A DNA stretch of 64,000 bases from Roseburia sp. AF12-17LB (GTDB lineage: Bacteria > Bacillota_I > Bacilli_A > RF39 > UBA660). Both the position numbers and the translations under genes were made by a program. Positions 48,722 to 58,718 of the stretch are shown in pieces. The stretch covers positions 30,754-94,753 of the forward strand of contig CAVDCT010000005.1 of the NCBI GenBank assembly GCA_963607615.1, in the 5' to 3' direction. The notes under the pieces are model-generated. The model made no database searches. It was given only the letters and a program-made list of their open reading frames with translations, and had not been told where the DNA came from. The stretch's first letter is position 1. Each line of letters begins with the position of its first letter.

Positions 48722-49504
48722 ATGAAAAAGTTTATATATAATTTGAAAAAATATTTTAAGTATGCTGTGTATTCAGCCAAAGCTGAATTAAAAAGTGAAG
48801 TTGCTGATTCATATCTAAATTGGTTATGGTGGATAATAGAACCGGTTTGTTTTATGTTAATATACACTTTTGTATTTGGAGTTGTCTTTAAGAATAGTGA
48901 GGAATATTTTGCATCATTTGTATTTGTAGGATTAACAGCTTGGGAGTTTTTTAATCGAATGATTAATGGTAGTGTTAAATTGATTATTAATAATCGTGAT
49001 TTAGTTACTAAAGTATATATTCCTAAATATATATTATTGTTGTCTAAATCATTTACTTATCTGTTTAAGATGGGAATATCTTTAATAATTACTTTCATTT
49101 TAATGGCTGTTCAACATGTTCCTTTTTCATGGCATATTATTTTATTTATTCCTATTCTTATAGTACTGTATATATTGTCATTTGGAATTGGTTTAATATT
49201 GATGCATTATGGTGTTACTTTTAATGATCTTGGAAATTTGACTAATATTGGGCTTAAAATGATATTTTATCTATCAGGAGTATTCTATAATATATCAAAT
49301 CGTTTAAAAGGACGATTAGCTAATATATTGTTGTTTGCTAATCCTATAGCATTTTGTATGAATGAACTTAGAAAAGTATTAATATATGGACAGTTACCTA
49401 ATTTCTTATGGTTAGGCTTTTGGTTACTAATTGGTTTAGGATTATGCGCAATAGGTATTCATGTTATTCATAAAAATGAAAATAGTTATGCGAAGGTGAT
49501 ATAA
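48722..49504 (+). CDS. tagG: ABC-2 type transporter permease (TagG-like teichoic acid exporter)
   Basis: Six-TM ABC-2 permease. Immediately upstream of, and overlapping, a TagH-like ATPase gene inside a WTA locus. Confidence 0.8.
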   Translation: MKKFIYNLKKYFKYAVYSAKAELKSEVADSYLNWLWWIIEPVCFMLIYTFVFGVVFKNSEEYFASFVFVGLTAWEFFNRMINGSVKLIINNRDLVTKVYIPKYILLLSKSFTYLFKMGISLIITFILMAVQHVPFSWHIILFIPILIVLYILSFGIGLILMHYGVTFNDLGNLTNIGLKMIFYLSGVFYNISNRLKGRLANILLFANPIAFCMNELRKVLIYGQLPNFLWLGFWLLIGLGLCAIGIHVIHKNENSYAKVI

Positions 49505-50253
49505 TGGGAGATAAGAATAAAACTAAAAAAAATATTGCTATAACAGTTAAAGATTTACATATAACATATCGTGGGTTGAAGAAGACATCGATTCGTGCAT
49601 CTTGGAAGAAGCTGGGTGATAAAGTTGAACTTTTTAAAGCTTTAAAAGGTGTTAATTTCGAGGTTGAAGAAGGAAAAATATTAGGTATAATTGGTAAAAA
49701 TGGTTCGGGTAAATCTACTATGTTGCGTGCTATCGCAGGTATTTTTTCACCAGACAAAGGGACGATAGATTTACATGGAAATTCAATATCTTTATTGTCT
49801 ATTGGTGTTGGTTTCAACAAAAAATTAACGGGTAAAGAAAATATTTATTTATCAGGTATGTTACTAGGATTTTCAGAAGAAGAAATAGCAAGAAAAGAAA
49901 AAGAAATAATTGCTTTTGCAGATATTGGAAATTTTATTGACAAACCTGTAAAAACTTATTCATCAGGAATGTATTCTAAATTGGCTTTTGCTATAACAGC
50001 GATACTAGAAACAGATATTATGTTAATAGACGAGGTATTATCTGTTGGAGATGCTAAATTTAAAGAAAAAAGCTATAATAAGATGAAAGAACTTATTTCA
50101 GATGAACATCGAACAGTTATAATTGTTTCACACAGTTTAGGAACAATTAAAGAATTGTGCAATGAAGTTTTATGGCTAAATGATGGTGAAGTTATTATGA
50201 TGGGGTCACCAAATGAAGTTTTGCCAAAGTATGAAGAATTTATGAAAAAGTAG
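49504..50253 (+). CDS. tagH: ABC transporter ATP-binding protein (TagH-like teichoic acid export ATPase)
   Basis: Walker A GKNGSGKST, signature YSSGMYSKLAF, Walker B MLIDEVLSVGD, and H-loop VSHS. Confidence 0.85.
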   Translation: MGDKNKTKKNIAITVKDLHITYRGLKKTSIRASWKKLGDKVELFKALKGVNFEVEEGKILGIIGKNGSGKSTMLRAIAGIFSPDKGTIDLHGNSISLLSIGVGFNKKLTGKENIYLSGMLLGFSEEEIARKEKEIIAFADIGNFIDKPVKTYSSGMYSKLAFAITAILETDIMLIDEVLSVGDAKFKEKSYNKMKELISDEHRTVIIVSHSLGTIKELCNEVLWLNDGEVIMMGSPNEVLPKYEEFMKK

Positions 50254-50270
50254 GTTATCCTACTTTTTCT
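50248..50270 (+). terminator. Intrinsic terminator after tagH
   Basis: AGTAGG-ttat-CCTACT hairpin followed by TTTTTCTTT. Confidence 0.5.
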
Positions 50271-50398
50271 TTACATAAAAAAATGTAAAATTTAATAAAA
50301 ATATAATTTTTTGTTTGAAATGCACCTAAATTTGTTATAATTAGGGTAATGATAGGGAAAATCAATTCTCTATTACAATTATAATGGGGTGAAATATA

Positions 50399-51238
50399 AT
50401 GAGTGTAATTATAGATGGAACTGAATTAAGTAATAAAATTCAAGAAGGGATAAAAGCAGACATAAAGGGTTGCATGATAAGACCTAGTGTGGCTGTTATT
50501 CAAGTTGGTGAAAATTCAATAAGTGAATCTTATACTAATCTTAAAGAGAAGACTTGCAGTTCAGTAGGAATTTATTTTAGATTATGTAAATTTGAGGATG
50601 GAACACCAGAATTGACTATTATTAATAAGATTAAGGAATTAAATAATGATGAATATGTTAATGGTATTATGATTCAATTACCATTACCACCACAATACAA
50701 CGAGAAACGTTTGTTGAATGCTATTAGTAATGGTAAAGATGTAGATGGTTTAACTGATATAAACACAGGACGTTTTATGAATGGTAAGAAAACTTTAATA
50801 CCTTGTACAGCTTTAGCTATTATGCATATTTTAGAAAAAAATGATATTGATGTAACAGGTAAAAATGTAGTTATTGTGGGACGCAGTAAATTAGTTGGTC
50901 GCCCTTTAGCACAATTAATGTTAAATGGTGATGCTACTGTTACAATGTGTCATAGTATGACAGAGAATCTAAGTGAACATACCAAAAGAGCTGATATTGT
51001 TGTTACTGCTTGTGGTGTCCCAAATTTAATTAAAGAAGATATGATAAAAGAAGGCGCTATTGTAATTGATGCTGGCGTTTCAAGAGAAAATGATAAATTG
51101 GTTGGAGATGTCGATTTTGATAAGGTTTCTAAGAAAGCATCATATATAACTCCAGTACCTGGTGGAGTAGGGCCTGTAACTGTTGCTATGTTACTTGAAA
51201 ATATTATATTATGTTATAATGCAAAAAATTCAAAATAA
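50399..51238 (+). CDS. folD: Bifunctional methylenetetrahydrofolate dehydrogenase/cyclohydrolase FolD
   Basis: Length and motifs (VVIVGRSKLVGRPLAQLML, TPVPGGVGPVTVAML) match FolD. Confidence 0.95.
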   Translation: MSVIIDGTELSNKIQEGIKADIKGCMIRPSVAVIQVGENSISESYTNLKEKTCSSVGIYFRLCKFEDGTPELTIINKIKELNNDEYVNGIMIQLPLPPQYNEKRLLNAISNGKDVDGLTDINTGRFMNGKKTLIPCTALAIMHILEKNDIDVTGKNVVIVGRSKLVGRPLAQLMLNGDATVTMCHSMTENLSEHTKRADIVVTACGVPNLIKEDMIKEGAIVIDAGVSRENDKLVGDVDFDKVSKKASYITPVPGGVGPVTVAMLLENIILCYNAKNSK

Positions 51239-51239
51239 A

Positions 51240-51262
51240 AAGAGGATTAAACCTCTTTTTTA
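51240..51262. terminator. Bidirectional terminator between folD and the convergent LysM gene
   Basis: AAGAGG-attaaa-CCTCTT hairpin followed by TTTTT. Confidence 0.55.
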
Positions 51263-51976
51263 GTATGTTTTAGGTAAATCATTATCGTTTGTTTTTAGTG
51301 ATTCATTTAAACTTTCTTTTAATTTGAATATTTCTTTTTTTAAATCACCAATTTCAGGATTAATTATATAAATTGTATCTCCAGCATATATATTAGCATT
51401 ATTCATTTTATTATATTCCATTATTCTTTTCGCAATAGCATATGCCTCATCGTCGTCTCCAGCACCTTTATATGCTAAACTAGATATAGTATCCCCAGCT
51501 TTAATTTGATATTGAACCCATACATCTAATGATTCTATTTGTTGGTTAATATTTTCAATTCTTTCCAAATATATATTGTTTTGTGTAGTAAGAGCTGGAA
51601 TAATTAAATCTTGAAAAGGAGTAATATTATTTTTACTTATATTATTTATTTTGGCAATCTCTTCTATATAATCATCAAGTGTTCTATAGTAAGTTGAATA
51701 TATATCTTTATTATAATATTTTTCTGCTATAGTTGTTAATGTATCATTTTTTTCTACTTGTTCAGTTGTATATACTTGAACATATCCAGTTGGAATACTA
51801 GTTGCATATTCTTGAGCACTTGGCTTTGACATCCCTGCACCAATAATAATAGCTGATGTTACAAGCAATACAAAGCAATTTGCCTTTCTTAATTTTAATT
51901 TTTTCTTTTTATTCTTTAGTTTTGGATAATTAATATTATTAATTCGTAATCTATTATCATTTATTGCATTATTCAT
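51260..51976 (-). CDS. LysM-domain membrane-anchored protein
   Basis: N-terminal basic region and TM segment. Two LysM-like segments (YVQVYTTEQVEKNDTLTTIAEKYY...; YQIKAGDTISSLAYKG...YAGDTIYI). AGAGGTG RBS. Confidence 0.6.
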   Translation of the reverse strand: MNNAINDNRLRINNINYPKLKNKKKKLKLRKANCFVLLVTSAIIIGAGMSKPSAQEYATSIPTGYVQVYTTEQVEKNDTLTTIAEKYYNKDIYSTYYRTLDDYIEEIAKINNISKNNITPFQDLIIPALTTQNNIYLERIENINQQIESLDVWVQYQIKAGDTISSLAYKGAGDDDEAYAIAKRIMEYNKMNNANIYAGDTIYIINPEIGDLKKEIFKLKESLNESLKTNDNDLPKTY

Positions 51977-52011
51977 ATGTACACCTCTATCTTTATATAT
52001 ATTATATAATA

Positions 52012-53337
52012 TTATAAAGTCTTATAAAAGGTTTTTTTTATTTTTTTCTCTTTTAATAAAATAGAATTTATTTTTATCCATGAATAACAACAAGTAAAAA
52101 CTATATTTAAAGATAAAGCTATTAATAGACCATACATTTTGATATTTAAACTACAGAAAATAGCTAAACCAATAGTTCGAATGAACATATTTATTAGAGA
52201 TATTCTCATATTTATTTTTGCTTTGTTCATCGCTTGTAAGCAACTTAAAAGTGGTTGTTCTAAATAATGAAAAATGAAAATAGGCGCTAATAGTTTTATA
52301 TAGTTACTTCCTTCATGTGTTTTGTATAAAAAGCTTAATAGAAAGTCTCCACCAAGAATAAATACGCATGTAAAAAACAAACCTAATAGTAGTGAGATTA
52401 TTAAAGCTTGATTTATTTTTCTTTTGAGATTTTTAAAGTCTTTATTAGCATAGCTGTGACTAATACTAGGTATTAAAGCTTGTGAAATAGCACTTGTAAA
52501 GAATGATGGTAGTAAAATTATAGGTAATACATAACCATTAATAATTCCATATTCGGACACAATAAAATTGTTATCATATCCTATTTTAGTTAATACGAAA
52601 GTTAGTATTATTGGTTCTAGAAAGTAGGTAATAGATCCAATTAATCTTGATATTGTAGTTGGTATTGCAATATTTAAGATTGCTTTTATATTACGAATGT
52701 TTAGCTTTAGATCAGATTTTGTTATAGAAAATTCAGGAAAACAACGAAGAAATATAATGATTGATGATAATTCACTGAAAATGTTAGTTGTGATTATAAA
52801 TGTCAATGTTTTTTCTTGACTATTTAGGAAACCCTTAATAAAAATAATAATTAATATTAGCTTGATTAAATCTTCTAGAATATTACTTATAACATGTGGT
52901 AGCATGCGTTCTTTGGAAAAATAATAACTTCTAAAAATATTTGAAATTGTTATAAATGGTAATACAAATCCCATAGATAAAATAGGGTAGTATAAATTAG
53001 AATTATTTAAAAGATTAATAGCAATACTTTTAGCAAATAAAAATAAAAATATAATAATTATGAAATCAATAGATAAAGATATTAATAATGAATATATCAT
53101 AATATTTTTCGTGTTATATTTCTTTGAAGATATTAAAACATTAAGTGCTGTAGTAAGTCCCATACCACTTATAGATATTAGCAGTAAAAAAGTTGGACTT
53201 ATTAAGGAATATAAACCTATTCCTTGTGTTCCTATTTTTCTAGTTAAGATAATTTTTGTTAACATTCCTAGTACTTTTGTACAAAAACCGCCAATAATTA
53301 ATATGATACTAGATCTAATAAATTTGCTTTTTTTCAT
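52012..53337 (-). CDS. MOP-superfamily polysaccharide/lipid-linked oligosaccharide flippase (Wzx/MurJ/SpoVB-like)
   Basis: 441 aa with about 12-14 TM helices and an N-terminal pattern typical of polysaccharide biosynthesis protein flippases. AAAGGAGA RBS. Confidence 0.75.
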   Translation of the reverse strand: MKKSKFIRSSIILIIGGFCTKVLGMLTKIILTRKIGTQGIGLYSLISPTFLLLISISGMGLTTALNVLISSKKYNTKNIMIYSLLISLSIDFIIIIFLFLFAKSIAINLLNNSNLYYPILSMGFVLPFITISNIFRSYYFSKERMLPHVISNILEDLIKLILIIIFIKGFLNSQEKTLTFIITTNIFSELSSIIIFLRCFPEFSITKSDLKLNIRNIKAILNIAIPTTISRLIGSITYFLEPIILTFVLTKIGYDNNFIVSEYGIINGYVLPIILLPSFFTSAISQALIPSISHSYANKDFKNLKRKINQALIISLLLGLFFTCVFILGGDFLLSFLYKTHEGSNYIKLLAPIFIFHYLEQPLLSCLQAMNKAKINMRISLINMFIRTIGLAIFCSLNIKMYGLLIALSLNIVFTCCYSWIKINSILLKEKKIKKTFYKTL

Positions 53338-53404
53338 TATTCTCCTTTAAAATTATGGTTATTTGATATATAATATTGTATGTGAAAAGTTGAGGGAATA
53401 GTAT

Positions 53405-53638
53405 ATGGATTTAAAATTTAGTAATAAACAAGAGTTGTATGAATTATTATTACCAGCTTTAGAAACAAAAGAGATTCAGTTAAGGAGAAATGACTATTTG
53501 GGATTATCTAAAAAACATATTTTTGAATATATGCGAAAAGTCGTTTGGGTGGATGAAAATAATTTGCATTTACACCAAATGGTTTCTGATATTTTGAATG
53601 CTGATAATAGTGCAATAAATAGTTATGATGAGATGTAG
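53405..53638 (+). CDS. ComN-like post-transcriptional regulator (small protein upstream of secDF)
   Basis: 77 aa. Its position directly upstream of secDF matches Bacillus comN (yrzD). GAGGGA RBS. Confidence 0.45.
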   Translation: MDLKFSNKQELYELLLPALETKEIQLRRNDYLGLSKKHIFEYMRKVVWVDENNLHLHQMVSDILNADNSAINSYDEM

Positions 53639-53652
53639 ATGGGAAGGTTTTT

Positions 53653-56034
53653 ATGAGTAAAGAAAATACAAAAAAATCGACTACTAAGTCTAAAGAAGTA
53701 GTCAAAAAAAATAGTATAGATACAGAAAAGAAAAATACTATATTAAAAAAAGATATACGTGAAAAAAAGCAAAAAAAAGCACAACGTAAAAAGTTTGTTT
53801 CAGGTTTACTTATATCTTTAGTTGTTTTAATTATTTCAGGCTGCTTATTATATCCAATGATAAAATATACAAAATTCGGTTTGGATTTAAAAGGTGGTTT
53901 TGAAATATTGTATGAAGTTCAGGATGTAGATGGTAAAGAAGTAAGCAAAGAATCTGTTACTAATACTTATAAGACAATATTAAAACGTATTGATATTTTA
54001 GGAGTAAGTGAGCCTGAGATATCAATTGAAGGAAATAATATTAGAATTCAATTAGCTGGTGTAACTGATAAAAATCAGGCTAAGGAAACATTGAGTTCTA
54101 TGGCAAATTTGACTTTTAGAAATAGTAAAGATGAATTAGTTATGACTTCTGATGTTTTAAAACCTAATGGTGTTAAGGTTGTAAGCGATGATAAGAATGT
54201 TGGTAATTATTATTTAACATTAGATATAGCTGATGTTGATACTTTTCACGAACAGACAGAAAAAATTAGAAAAGCTGGAGATGTTTTGGTTATTTGGTTA
54301 GATTTTGATGAAGATAATGATTCCTTTTCAAAAGAACAAGATAGTTGTGGTTCGTTAAATGATTCAAGATGTATTTCTTATGCATCTATAAATGATGAGT
54401 TAACAACAAATACAGTAACTTTATCAGGTAGTTTTACTCAAGAAGAAGCAACTAGTTTATCTGAATTGATTAATTCTGGTAGTTTGCCAACTAAATTGGT
54501 AGAATTATCTAGTAAAACAGTTGATGCTTCTTTTGGTGAAGATGCATTGCGTAATACTTTTATAGCAGGTGCTATTGCCGTTGCTTTAATTATACTTTTC
54601 ATGATTATTGTATATCGTTTTTGTGGCTTTGTTGCCTCAATTGGAATGATTGCTTATACAATGTTAACATTTGCAATATTTAATTTAGTTGGTGGAAGAT
54701 TAACTTTACCTTCAATAGCGGCAGCTGTTATTGGTATAGGTATGGCTGTTGATTCAACCGTTTTAAGTTTTGAGAGAATTAAAGATGAATTAAGACAAAA
54801 GAGTAATTTAGAACATGCATATAAAGTGGGAAGTAAGAATGCATTTGCATCTATTATCGATGCTAATATTACAACCTTTATAGCAGCTATTATTTTATTT
54901 ATTTTTGGAGAGAGTAGTATTAAAGGATTTGCTACTATGCTAATAATTAGTGTTATAGTTACTTTAATTGTTATGGTTTATTTAGTTAGATATTTACTAA
55001 AACGTTTTGTAGATAGTAAAAAATTTGATAATCACACTAATGCATTTATAGGCCTTAAGAATTTAGAACATAAATCATTTATTGCACGTTTTGATTATGT
55101 TAAATATGGACCTGAATTTATAATTTTAACTATTATTCTTTTAGTAGTTGGCTTTGTAGGATTATATAAAAATGGTCTTTCTTTGAGTATTGATTTTAAG
55201 GGTGGCTCTAGTGTAACTTTAAGTTCTAGTGAAAAACTAGAGGCTTCAAAAATAAAAGAAGATATGGAAGAGTTAGGATACAAAATTGCTAATATTGACA
55301 ATATTAATGATGAAACTGTTTATGTTACTATTAGTGATACATTAGATGCTGATGATACTGAAAAAATAGAGAAACATTTTAGTGATAATTATAAAGACTC
55401 TACTACAAGTATTGGTTCTGTTTCTAACACCGTTAAAAAGGAGTTAATTAAGAATGCTATTAAGTCTTTAGTTTTAGCTATGCTAGGAATTATGATTTAT
55501 GTATCATTAAGATTTACTTCTAGATATGGTATTTCAACACTTGTTACTTTATTCCATGATGGATTAATGGTTTTATTAGTATTTAGCATTTTAAAATTAG
55601 AAATATCAACTATATTTATTGCTGCAATATTATCAATTATAGGTTATTCTATTAATGATACGATTGTTACTTTTGATCGTATTAGAGAGAATAAAAAGAA
55701 AATGTATAATGATAAATTAAAATCTTACGATGAGTTAAAACAACTTGTTAATATAAGTTTACAAGAAACAATAACTAGAAGTTTGGTTACATCATTTACA
55801 ACTCTTATTCCTGTTATTTGTTTAATGATTTTAGGGTCACATGAGATTATTAACTTTAATTATGCTTTATTAATTGGTTTAATTGCAGGTACTTATTCAT
55901 CAGTCTTTATAGCAGCTCAATTATGGATGTTATTAGAGAAAAAACATATTGGTAAAACTGAAAAAAAGAAATGGTATGAAGTTGACGATAAGGATGAATT
56001 AGAAGAATTAAAAGTTAAAGGAATTAATTGTTAA
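53653..56034 (+). CDS. secDF: Fused protein translocase subunit SecDF
   Basis: SecD periplasmic domain followed by two 6-TM RND-like bundles (GLDLKGG ... DFKGGSSVTLSS ... ). Confidence 0.9.
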   Translation: MSKENTKKSTTKSKEVVKKNSIDTEKKNTILKKDIREKKQKKAQRKKFVSGLLISLVVLIISGCLLYPMIKYTKFGLDLKGGFEILYEVQDVDGKEVSKESVTNTYKTILKRIDILGVSEPEISIEGNNIRIQLAGVTDKNQAKETLSSMANLTFRNSKDELVMTSDVLKPNGVKVVSDDKNVGNYYLTLDIADVDTFHEQTEKIRKAGDVLVIWLDFDEDNDSFSKEQDSCGSLNDSRCISYASINDELTTNTVTLSGSFTQEEATSLSELINSGSLPTKLVELSSKTVDASFGEDALRNTFIAGAIAVALIILFMIIVYRFCGFVASIGMIAYTMLTFAIFNLVGGRLTLPSIAAAVIGIGMAVDSTVLSFERIKDELRQKSNLEHAYKVGSKNAFASIIDANITTFIAAIILFIFGESSIKGFATMLIISVIVTLIVMVYLVRYLLKRFVDSKKFDNHTNAFIGLKNLEHKSFIARFDYVKYGPEFIILTIILLVVGFVGLYKNGLSLSIDFKGGSSVTLSSSEKLEASKIKEDMEELGYKIANIDNINDETVYVTISDTLDADDTEKIEKHFSDNYKDSTTSIGSVSNTVKKELIKNAIKSLVLAMLGIMIYVSLRFTSRYGISTLVTLFHDGLMVLLVFSILKLEISTIFIAAILSIIGYSINDTIVTFDRIRENKKKMYNDKLKSYDELKQLVNISLQETITRSLVTSFTTLIPVICLMILGSHEIINFNYALLIGLIAGTYSSVFIAAQLWMLLEKKHIGKTEKKKWYEVDDKDELEELKVKGINC

Positions 56035-56046
56035 TTCCTTTTTTTT
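56020..56046 (+). terminator. Intrinsic terminator overlapping the secDF stop
   Basis: GGAATTAA-ttg-TTAATTCC hairpin followed by TTTTTTTT. Confidence 0.6.
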
Positions 56047-56103
56047 ACATTTCTTTTGTGATATAATTTTTTTATGGATTGATGAAAGATAGGGTGTGGT
56101 AAT

Positions 56104-58272
56104 ATGCGTAAGGATAATCCAAATATAACTTTTGATGAATTACATGCTAAAGTAGTTAAATATATTACTGATGAGAAAGAATTAAAATTGTTATCAAGTG
56201 CTTACTTGTTTGCCTTTGAAAAACATTTTGGTCAAACTAGGTTAACTGGTGAAGCTTATATAACACATCCTTTGAATGTTGCTTATATATTAGCTGAAAT
56301 AAATGCTGATATCAGCACACTATGTGCAGCTTTGTTACATGATACTATTGAAGATTGCGATGTTACTAAGGAAGAGTTAGAGAAAAAGTTCGGACGTGAG
56401 ATAGCTTCTTTAGTTAATGGTGTAACGAAAATTAATAAATTAAAGTTTACTTGTGATAATGAAGCTGTTATTGCTAATCATCGAAAGATATTGGTTGGTT
56501 TATGTGAAGATGTTCGTATTTTGATTTTAAAACTTGCTGATCGCTTGCATAATATGCGTACTTTATGGATTTTATCAGAAAAAAGTCAAAAAGCTAATGC
56601 AAAAGAAACTTTAGATATTTTAACACCGATAGCTCATCGCCTTGGTATGAATAAAATTAAAAGTGAATTAGAAGATTTATCTTTACGTTATTTGAAACCT
56701 GATGTATATTTTTCGATTGTTGAGAAATTAAATCAAACACGTAGAGAAAGAGATAGAATTGTTAATGAGATGCTTGAAGATGTATCTAAACTTTTAACTA
56801 GTCACAATATTAAACATGAGATTAAAGGACGCGCTAAAAGTATCTATAGTATTTATAAAAAGTTAGATAAAGGAAAACGCTTTAGTGACATTTATGATTT
56901 ACTTGCATTACGTGTATTTGTTGATGATGTTTCTGAGTGTTATCAAAGTTTAGGAATTATTCATTCTAAATATCGTCCTATTCCTAAGCGTTTTAAAGAT
57001 TATATTGCTATGCCTAAAACTAATATGTATCAGTCATTACATACAACAGTCTTTGGTTTAGAGGGTTATTTATTTGAAATACAGATTCGTACTTATGAAA
57101 TGGATCAAATAGCTGAGCATGGTATAGCATCTCATTGGTCATATAAAGAACATGGTAGTAATGTTAAGGCTAGTATGCAAGATGCTATGGAACAAAAGTT
57201 ACAATTCTTTAGGGAAATTATGGAATTAAAAGATGAAAAAAGTGATGAATTATTTGTTCATAATGTTCAGGAAGAAGTTTTAAATAATACAATTTATGTC
57301 TTTACTCCAAAAGGCGATGTTATTGAATTACCTCAGGGAGCGACACCAATAGATTTTGCTTATCGTGTACATAGTGGTGTTGGTAATACTATGGTTGGCG
57401 CTTTGGTAAATGGAAATATTGTTTCTTTAGATTATAAATTAAATGATGGAGATATTGTTAAAATTAATACTAATAAAAATTCATCAGGTCCATCGAGAGA
57501 ATGGATGGATATGGCTTTCACTGCACAAGCTAAAAATAAGATTAGAAGTTTTTATAACAAGATTGATAAAGAAGGCTATTTGAAAAAAGGTACAGAAGCC
57601 TTACAAAAAGAAGTCAAGAAACGTAAGATTCCATATTCAGAATTTTATAGCAATGAAACTATCGAAAAATTATTAACAGAGTTAAAATTTGGAGATATGA
57701 CAGAGTTACATATAAATATTGGTAATGGAAAAATAACTCCAACTCAAGTTATTAATGTTTTATATGGTAATGCAAAATCAAAACAAGAGAAGATACTAGA
57801 ACGCGTAATAAATAATGAGGATAAAAAATTACCTGTAAAGGGTGATATTATTGTTGAAAATATTAATGATATTAAACTTAATGTAGCAGGTTGTTGTAAA
57901 CCAATACCAGGAGATGACATTGTAGGATATATTAGTAAAGGGCATGGTATAAATGTTCATAGAACTATTTGTCCTAATATTGCTGAATTAGATGAGCGAA
58001 TGATCGAGGTTAAATGGAATGACAATATATCTAAAAAATATACAACAAATATTTTGATTACCGCAAGTGAAAACAATAATTTACTTATTAATATTATTAA
58101 CAAAACATCTAATCATGATATTTCTATTCAAAGTATTAATACACTTTCTACATCTGGAAGATATATGTTTGATATAAATGTTTTAGTTGATAACGTTAGT
58201 AAATTAAATAAATTTATGAATGAGTTAGAGCAGCTAAATGGAGTTGTTAATGTCGAAAGGATTATTAAATAA
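56104..58272 (+). CDS. rel: Bifunctional (p)ppGpp synthetase/hydrolase Rel (RelA/SpoT family)
   Basis: HD hydrolase motif (HPLNVAYILAEI...LLHDTIEDC), synthetase motifs (DLLALRVFV; YQSLHTTV), and TGS/ACT C-terminus. Confidence 0.95.
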   Translation: MRKDNPNITFDELHAKVVKYITDEKELKLLSSAYLFAFEKHFGQTRLTGEAYITHPLNVAYILAEINADISTLCAALLHDTIEDCDVTKEELEKKFGREIASLVNGVTKINKLKFTCDNEAVIANHRKILVGLCEDVRILILKLADRLHNMRTLWILSEKSQKANAKETLDILTPIAHRLGMNKIKSELEDLSLRYLKPDVYFSIVEKLNQTRRERDRIVNEMLEDVSKLLTSHNIKHEIKGRAKSIYSIYKKLDKGKRFSDIYDLLALRVFVDDVSECYQSLGIIHSKYRPIPKRFKDYIAMPKTNMYQSLHTTVFGLEGYLFEIQIRTYEMDQIAEHGIASHWSYKEHGSNVKASMQDAMEQKLQFFREIMELKDEKSDELFVHNVQEEVLNNTIYVFTPKGDVIELPQGATPIDFAYRVHSGVGNTMVGALVNGNIVSLDYKLNDGDIVKINTNKNSSGPSREWMDMAFTAQAKNKIRSFYNKIDKEGYLKKGTEALQKEVKKRKIPYSEFYSNETIEKLLTELKFGDMTELHINIGNGKITPTQVINVLYGNAKSKQEKILERVINNEDKKLPVKGDIIVENINDIKLNVAGCCKPIPGDDIVGYISKGHGINVHRTICPNIAELDERMIEVKWNDNISKKYTTNILITASENNNLLINIINKTSNHDISIQSINTLSTSGRYMFDINVLVDNVSKLNKFMNELEQLNGVVNVERIIK

Positions 58273-58718
58273 TGCGTGTATTAGTACAAAGAAGTAAATA
58301 TTCTAGTGTTTCAGTTAATAATAATATAGTAGGAGAAATCGATAAAGGATTAGTACTACTTGTTGGATTTACACCAGGTGATACACTTGATGATGTATCT
58401 CGATTAGCAAAAAAGATTGTTAATCTTAGAATATTTGATGATGAAAATGGTATTATGAATAAATCTTTGATAGATATTCATGGAGCAATATTGTCTATTT
58501 CTCAGTTTACTTTATATGGCGATGCATCTAAAGGAAATCGTCCTAGTTATATTCATGCCATGAAAAGTGAAGAAGCTGATAGACTATATAGAGCATTTAA
58601 TATGACATTAAGAACATATAATGTTGTTGTTGAAACAGGTATTTTTGGTGCTGACATGTTAGTTAATATTAATAATGATGGACCAGTTACAATTTGGTTA
58701 GAAAGTGGGCAAAAATGA
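58272..58718 (+). CDS. dtd: D-aminoacyl-tRNA deacylase
   Basis: MRVLVQRSK...GLVLLVGF...SQFTLYGD motifs. Overlaps the rel stop (ATAATG). Confidence 0.9.
   Translation: MRVLVQRSKYSSVSVNNNIVGEIDKGLVLLVGFTPGDTLDDVSRLAKKIVNLRIFDDENGIMNKSLIDIHGAILSISQFTLYGDASKGNRPSYIHAMKSEEADRLYRAFNMTLRTYNVVVETGIFGADMLVNINNDGPVTIWLESGQK

Noticed and set aside
50254-50398. THF or other riboswitch upstream of folD
   Set aside because: The 5' region contains a promoter (TTGAAA-17-TATAAT) and about 60 nt of AT-rich leader. It is too short and lacks the conserved THF-riboswitch pseudoknot motifs.
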